Assembly: GCA_003135555.1 (NCBI GenBank)
Contig: PLCF01000052.1
Location: 1-13,326 of the forward strand
Length of the DNA stretch: 13,326 nt
Direction of reading: 5' to 3'
Origin: Vulcanimicrobiota bacterium
GTDB taxonomy: Bacteria > Vulcanimicrobiota > Vulcanimicrobiia > Vulcanimicrobiales > Vulcanimicrobiaceae
Every line of letters starts with the position of its first letter. Position 1 is the stretch's first letter. Positions 7,761-13,326 of this stretch are shown here, piece by piece. The position numbers and the translations under genes are program-made. A model generated the notes under the pieces. The model made no database searches. It worked only from the letters and a program-made list of their open reading frames with translations, and had not been told where the DNA came from.

Positions 7761-7768
7761 CATCGGCA

Positions 7769-10615
7769 TTACGCTGGCTGAAGTTCCGGCGCCACCAATT
7801 CCGACGTGAAGGCTTCGATGACGTCGCCCTGCTTGAGGTCGGCGAACCGCGCGACTTGGATTCCGCATTCGAAGTTCTCTGCAACCTCCCTGACATCGTC
7901 CTTGAAGCGTCGCAGCGACTCGATCTCGCCGTCGAACACGACGACGGAATCGCGCAGCACGCGGACCTTCGAGTTGCGGGTGATCTTGCCGGACTGCACG
8001 TAGCACCCGGCGATCGAGCCGACCTTGGAGACCTTGAAGATCTCGCGAACCTCGGCGCGTCCGAGGATGATCTCGCGGAACTTGGGCGCCAGCATCCCGA
8101 CCATGGCCTTCTTAAGGTCGTTCTCGACATCGTAGATGACCTGGTAGAAGCGCAGATCGACCTGTTCGGACTCCGCCAGACGCTTGACCGACTCATCCGG
8201 CCGGATGTTGAAGCCGATCAGCACCGCGTTGGACGCCGAGGCAAGGTTGACGTCGTTCTCGGTGATCCCGCCGACGCCGGCGAGGATGACACCCACGTCG
8301 ACCTCGCTGTTCGAAAGCGACACGAGGCGAGCCCGCAGTGCCTCGACCGAGCCCTGTCCGTCGGCTTTGAGGATCAAGTTGAGGGTCTTCTGTCCGCCGT
8401 CGGCCGGCATGAGCATGAACGTCTCGAGCGAGACCTTGGCGCCGCCCGTCGTCGCGGCCATGCGCACGTCGCGGCGCTTGGTCGAACGTTTTGCGGCCGC
8501 TTCACGTGCCGATTTCTCGTCGGAGACGACCATCATCGTGTCGCCCGCCGACGGTACGTCGTTGAGGCCCATGATCTCGACGGGCACCGACGGCCCGGCC
8601 TTTTTCGTCTGCTTGCCCTTGTCGTCGAGCAGCGCGCGAACTTTTCCGAAGGTCGGTCCGACGACGACGACGTCGCCGACACGCAACGTCCCGTTCTGCA
8701 CGAGGACGGTTGCTACCGGACCACGCCCGCGGTCCAGCGCGGATTCGATGACGACGCCGCTGGCGCGACGGTGCGGGTTGGCCTTGAGCTCCCTGAGATC
8801 GGCTTCGAGCAGCACGGTCTCGAGCAACTTGTCGATGTTGTCGCCCTTGCGTGCCGACACCGGGATCATCTCGATCTTGCCGCCCCACTCGACCGGCTGC
8901 AGCCCCTCGTCGGTAAGCTGCTGCTTGACCCGGTCGGGCTGCGCGTCTTCCTTGTCCATCTTGTTGATGGCCACGACGATCGGGACGCCCGCCGCCTTGA
9001 TGTGCGAGATCGCTTCGCGGGTCTGCGGCATGACGCCGTCGTCGGCTGCGACGACGAGAATCGCCACGTCGGTGACCTTCGCGCCGCGCGCCCGCATCGC
9101 GGTGAACGCTTCGTGACCCGGTGTGTCGATGAACGTGATCGCGCGGCCGTCCTTGCCGAGGACGGTGTACGCGCCGATCTTCTGCGTGATCCCGCCGGCT
9201 TCGCCCGCGGCGACGCTAGCCGAGCGAATCTTGTCGAGCAGCGAGGTCTTGCCGTGGTCGACGTGGCCCAGGACGGTGACGACCGGCGGCCGCGCCTGCA
9301 GCATCTCCGGCTTGTCCTCTTCCTGCTCGACGACGACTTCTTCGCCGGCTTCCTTGACGATGGCGTTGAAGCCGAACTTGCGCGCCACCGCGATGGCTTG
9401 ATCGGACGAGATGTTCTGGTTGATCGTCGCCATCGTGCCCATGTGAATGAGCGCGCGCATGACCTCCGCGGCCGGGACGATCATCGACGTCGCCAGCTCC
9501 TGAACGGTCAGGACGTCGGGAATCTCGATCGACTCGAGCTTCTTGGTCGGGTCGTTCTCGCGTTCGTCATAGGCCGCTCCGCCTTTGCGCCGCCGCTGCT
9601 TCTCGAGCAGCATCTCCTTCTCGCGGTCCTTCTTGGCCTCGAGCTGCTCACGCGTTTGACGCCCGCGGCCGCCGGGTCGACCGCCCGGCGCACCGGACGA
9701 CGGCGAGGGGCCCTGGCTGGGTGAAAGCGGACCGCCGCCGGGGCGCGAGGGCCCACCGAAGGGACGTGGGGGCGTGCCCTGCGCCGTGCCGCCGGGGATG
9801 GGACGGAAGGGGCCGTTGCCGGCGGGGCGGCGCCCCTGCGGCGGCGCACCCGGGACGCCGGGAACGCCCGGCGGGCCGGCCTGCGCCGGGCGCGGCTGCT
9901 GGTATTGCCCGGGTCCGCCTTGGCCGGGTCGCGGAGCGACGCCGGGGCGGCCGGGGATCTGGCCGTTGCCGGCGGCGGGCCCGACCGGGCGGGCCGGCGG
10001 GCGCACCGAGTTCTGGCCGGCGGGAACCGGACGCAACGTCGGGACGGGCTCGTTGGGGAGCAGGGGGCGCAGCGGCGGCATCGGTCCGGGCGGACCGGTG
10101 CGCGGCGGGGCGTCGGGAGTCGGCGCAATGGCGGCTTCCGGAGCTTCGGGGTCCGCCGCTGCGGGCTGCGGCGGCGGCGCGGCGGTACGCGCCGCGGGCG
10201 ACGTGCTGCGGACCGGGCGAAGCTGCGGGATCGGCGCGGCCGGCGGCTCCGCCTGCGCGGCGGTACGCCGTGCGGGAGCTTTCGGCGGGGCGGTTTCGGG
10301 CGCCGCGGCGACTGCTGGAGCCTGCGTAACGGCGGCCTTGGCCGCACGCGCGGCCGGAGCCTTGGCGGCGACCGGCGCCTCCCCGGCTGGCGCAGCAGCG
10401 GCGGCCGGAGCCGCCGGAGCGGCTACGGGCGCGGTCTTAGGGGCGGCTTTGGCCCCTTTGAGCTGTGCGCGGAGGAGGTCGGCGACCTTCGGCTCGACGA
10501 CGCTGAGCTGGTTCTTTGCCTCGAGTCCCAGCCGCCCGAAGAGGGCGAGCAGGTCCTTCGACGACATGCCGAGCTCTTTCGCGAGCTCGAAAATCCTGGG
10601 TTTACCGGTTGCCAT
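7769..10615 (-). CDS. infB: Translation initiation factor IF-2, 948 aa
   Basis: N-terminal '[18 protein letters not shown]', long Pro/Ala/Gly linker, G1 'GHVDHGKT', '[12 protein letters not shown]', 'DTPGHEAF', 'NKMD', C-terminal '[15 protein letters not shown]'. AAGGA RBS before ATG 10615. Confidence 0.98.
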   Translation of the reverse strand: MATGKPRIFELAKELGMSSKDLLALFGRLGLEAKNQLSVVEPKVADLLRAQLKGAKAAPKTAPVAAPAAPAAAAAPAGEAPVAAKAPAARAAKAAVTQAPAVAAAPETAPPKAPARRTAAQAEPPAAPIPQLRPVRSTSPAARTAAPPPQPAAADPEAPEAAIAPTPDAPPRTGPPGPMPPLRPLLPNEPVPTLRPVPAGQNSVRPPARPVGPAAGNGQIPGRPGVAPRPGQGGPGQYQQPRPAQAGPPGVPGVPGAPPQGRRPAGNGPFRPIPGGTAQGTPPRPFGGPSRPGGGPLSPSQGPSPSSGAPGGRPGGRGRQTREQLEAKKDREKEMLLEKQRRRKGGAAYDERENDPTKKLESIEIPDVLTVQELATSMIVPAAEVMRALIHMGTMATINQNISSDQAIAVARKFGFNAIVKEAGEEVVVEQEEDKPEMLQARPPVVTVLGHVDHGKTSLLDKIRSASVAAGEAGGITQKIGAYTVLGKDGRAITFIDTPGHEAFTAMRARGAKVTDVAILVVAADDGVMPQTREAISHIKAAGVPIVVAINKMDKEDAQPDRVKQQLTDEGLQPVEWGGKIEMIPVSARKGDNIDKLLETVLLEADLRELKANPHRRASGVVIESALDRGRGPVATVLVQNGTLRVGDVVVVGPTFGKVRALLDDKGKQTKKAGPSVPVEIMGLNDVPSAGDTMMVVSDEKSAREAAAKRSTKRRDVRMAATTGGAKVSLETFMLMPADGGQKTLNLILKADGQGSVEALRARLVSLSNSEVDVGVILAGVGGITENDVNLASASNAVLIGFNIRPDESVKRLAESEQVDLRFYQVIYDVENDLKKAMVGMLAPKFREIILGRAEVREIFKVSKVGSIAGCYVQSGKITRNSKVRVLRDSVVVFDGEIESLRRFKDDVREVAENFECGIQVARFADLKQGDVIEAFTSELVAPELQPA

Positions 10616-10631
10616 GCAATCCTTCAAAGTT

Positions 10632-10651
10632 ATGGCGCCCGAGGGCACCAT
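10632..10651 (-). promoter_or_regulatory. Hairpin in the infB 5' leader
   Basis: Minus-strand AUGGUGCC-CUCG-GGCGCCAU, an 8-bp stem with one G-U pair on the mRNA strand, just upstream of the infB RBS. Confidence 0.45.
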
Positions 10652-10715
10652 CCGCCGTTAAGTCATTCTGTATGAGCTCCGAGATCCGGAGTGTTCCGGC
10701 GCCGTCGCCGGGCAG

Positions 10716-10924
10716 TCACCATTGTAGCAGAGCTTCGACACTGAACCCCGGATAACGTTTGTTCTTTGCGACCCGTTGCGCGCAGCCGCGAGAGCAGAGG
10801 TAGGCCCCTCGGCCGATGTGCCGCTTGGCCCCATCGACGATCCAGCGGCCGTCCTGCCGCGTGAAGCGCCGCAGCGCCGGTTGCGGAAAGACGGTCCGGC
10901 AGCCGACGCAGGTCCGCTCGGGCG

Positions 10925-10928
<4 letters not shown>
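10716..10928 (-). CDS. ylxR: YlxR/RnpM (DUF448) RNA-binding protein, 70 aa
   Basis: C-terminal part of track ORF 10716..11159: 'MTPERTCVGCR...LRRF...GRGAYLC...C'. ATG 10928 overlaps the nusA stop (ATGA); canonical position between nusA and infB. Confidence 0.9.
10721..10729 (-). promoter_or_regulatory. Candidate extended -10 internal promoter for infB (TGcTACAAT)
   Basis: Minus strand reads CTGCTACAATGGTGA at the 3' end of ylxR, about 105 nt upstream of the infB start; no convincing -35. Confidence 0.4.
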
Positions 10929-12153
<1,225 letters not shown>

Positions 12154-12157
<4 letters not shown>

Positions 12158-12684
12158 CGGTTCTTCTCTCGTTGTTTCGCGCGCTGGAGGTCCGCGCGCA
12201 CATCGTACTCCAGGTTGGCCGATTTGATGACGGCGATCGGAATGGGCAGCTCGCCGTCCGGACGCGTCAGGATCACGTTGGTCCCGCGCACGCCTTCGAG
12301 TCGCCCGCGATGCGTCTTGGCTTTCTCGATGGCGAGCGTGGTGACGATCTTCGCATCGCGTCCGGCGAAGCGCTCGTAGTCGGACGGTTTGGTCAGCGGA
12401 CGGTCCAGCCCGGCGGAGACGACCTCGAGCGTGTACGGATCGGCGAAGGCGTCGAGCGCGGCGTTGATGCGCGCAGCGATGCGTTCGCACGTCGTGATGT
12501 CCACGCCGCCTTCACGATCGACCGTCACTTGCAGCGCGCTCTGCTGGCGGTGCCGGTGCGCGCTCGACGACACGACCTCGACGTCGCGGAACTCGGGTTG
12601 GTGCGGCAAAGCGTGCACGACCCGCTCGAAAGCCTCCGTTAGAAGGCTGTCGGGGCCATGCTCTCGCGCTTGGTCCGTCACCAT
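12154..12684 (-). CDS. rimP: Ribosome maturation factor RimP
   Basis: 'LQVTVDREGGVDITTCERIA', 'YTLEVVSAGLDRPLTKPSDYERFAG'; first gene before nusA; GGGGA upstream of ATG 12684. Confidence 0.95.
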
Positions 12685-12697
12685 TGCCCAATCCCCT

Positions 12698-12730
12698 ACA
12701 ACAGAGAAGCGCGGGCCAGGCCCACGCTTC
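12698..12730 (-). terminator. rimP-leader hairpin (putative attenuator)
   Basis: Minus-strand GAAGCGUGGGC-CUG-GCCCGCGCUUC followed by UCUGUUGU, between the promoter and the rimP start. Resembles the conserved GUGGG..CCCRC rimP leader. Confidence 0.75.
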
Positions 12731-12751
12731 CAGCGTCAATCTCCGTCCGCC

Positions 12752-12780
12752 ATCATACGATAAGCGCGGCTTTTTCGCAA
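12752..12780 (-). promoter_or_regulatory. Sigma70/SigA promoter of the rimP-nusA-infB operon
   Basis: Minus-strand TTGCGA (12780-12775), 17-nt spacer, TATGAT (12757-12752). Confidence 0.8.
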
Positions 12781-13326
12781 TCAGAGGTGGAGCGGGACCG
12801 GTGTCCGCAGCGAGCCCGGGACCACCTTCTCCATCCGCGCGTCGTTGCACGAGACGTCGACGACCTCGACGATGGGCTTGAGATCGGGCGGCCGGTCGGG
12901 CAAATACGGCCGGGCGAAGCCGCCGCTCAGGCTCGGCGGCGGGGTCGGTGGAGGCGGCAGCGGGTGGTCGGTGATGCGGAAGGAGCGGCAGACCTCACGG
13001 CCCAGCAAGTCGCGCTTGCGCTCGAAGACGTACGCGATCGAGCCGGCGTGCGTCACGGTCCGCGAGATCCGAATCAAGCCGAACGTCGCGGCCAGAATCT
13101 CGGCCGGCGGCGCGAGCTTGCGCTCGTACTCCTCGCTCGCGGTCCGCGGATCGAGACCCGGCGTGTAGTGGCCCGGGACGACGGCGTTGTGCGGCAGCAG
13201 CGCCCGGAGCCTGTCGTTGAGGTTGCTGCCCGGACCCGGCGACGGGGCCGCCGTTGCCGACGGGCCCCCGGGGCTCGAAGCCGGCAGGGGTGCGCCGGTG
13301 CGCGTCGGCGCCGGGCCGCCGGTCGC
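12781..13326 (-). CDS. Partial (5'-truncated by window) hypothetical protein: Pro/Ala/Thr-rich linker then a small two-Cys domain
   Basis: The frame of track ORF 12781..13077 stays open to the window edge (182 codons including stop): '..GPAPTRTGAPLPASSPGGPSATAAPSPGPGSNLNDRLRALLPHNAVVPGHY..LAPPAEILAATFGLIRISRTV..AYVFERK..C..C..'. Confidence 0.7.
   Translation of the reverse strand, partial: ATGGPAPTRTGAPLPASSPGGPSATAAPSPGPGSNLNDRLRALLPHNAVVPGHYTPGLDPRTASEEYERKLAPPAEILAATFGLIRISRTVTHAGSIAYVFERKRDLLGREVCRSFRITDHPLPPPPTPPPSLSGGFARPYLPDRPPDLKPIVEVVDVSCNDARMEKVVPGSLRTPVPLHL

Noticed and set aside
7579..7768. tRNA, CRISPR array, riboswitch or intrinsic terminator in the intergenic region
   Set aside because: No cloverleaf/TTC loop, no spaced direct repeats, no riboswitch consensus I recognise, and no U tract after the hairpins.
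7563..7809. Small ORFs across the infB downstream gap (7599..7781, 7606..7809, 7563..8006)
   Set aside because: No RBS or protein-like features; the region is better explained by the inverted-repeat element.
7856..9724. 622-aa plus-strand ORF antisense to infB, and similar long antisense ORFs (929..2125, 3571..4833, 5548..7008, 11075..12094)
   Set aside because: Shadow ORFs expected opposite high-GC genes; no recognisable motifs and they overlap well-supported genes.
10616..10651. Track start of infB at 10651 (MVPSGAITLKDC extension)
   Set aside because: That ATG lies in a hairpin without an RBS; ATG 10615 has AAGGA and gives the canonical IF2 N terminus.

Overview
High-GC bacterial chromosomal window. 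Most of it (about 4030-12780, minus strand) is the conserved translation/RNA-processing operon rimP-nusA-ylxR-infB-[orf]-rbfA-nrnA-truB-ribF, with a clear sigma70-type promoter and a rimP-leader hairpin. It appears to continue into a TlpA-type thioredoxin and a DUF5995-like gene instead of the usual rpsO-pnp. The gene order (ylxR, DHH gene between rbfA and truB) is the Terrabacteria-type arrangement; I cannot assign the taxon firmly. Two things stand out. (1) A 162-bp element just after infB has 30-bp imperfect terminal inverted repeats, an exact flanking CATC direct repeat, and two internal hairpins whose loops match CsrA/RsmA-type GGA sites; it sits beside an unrecognised 4-TM gene coupled to rbfA. 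(2) A plus-strand two-gene unit encodes an atypical Clp/Hsp100 ATPase (N-terminal C4 Zn finger plus hydrophobic helix, no M-domain, no ClpP-docking loop) translationally coupled to a secreted helical protein. A partial Pro-rich CDS enters at the right edge.
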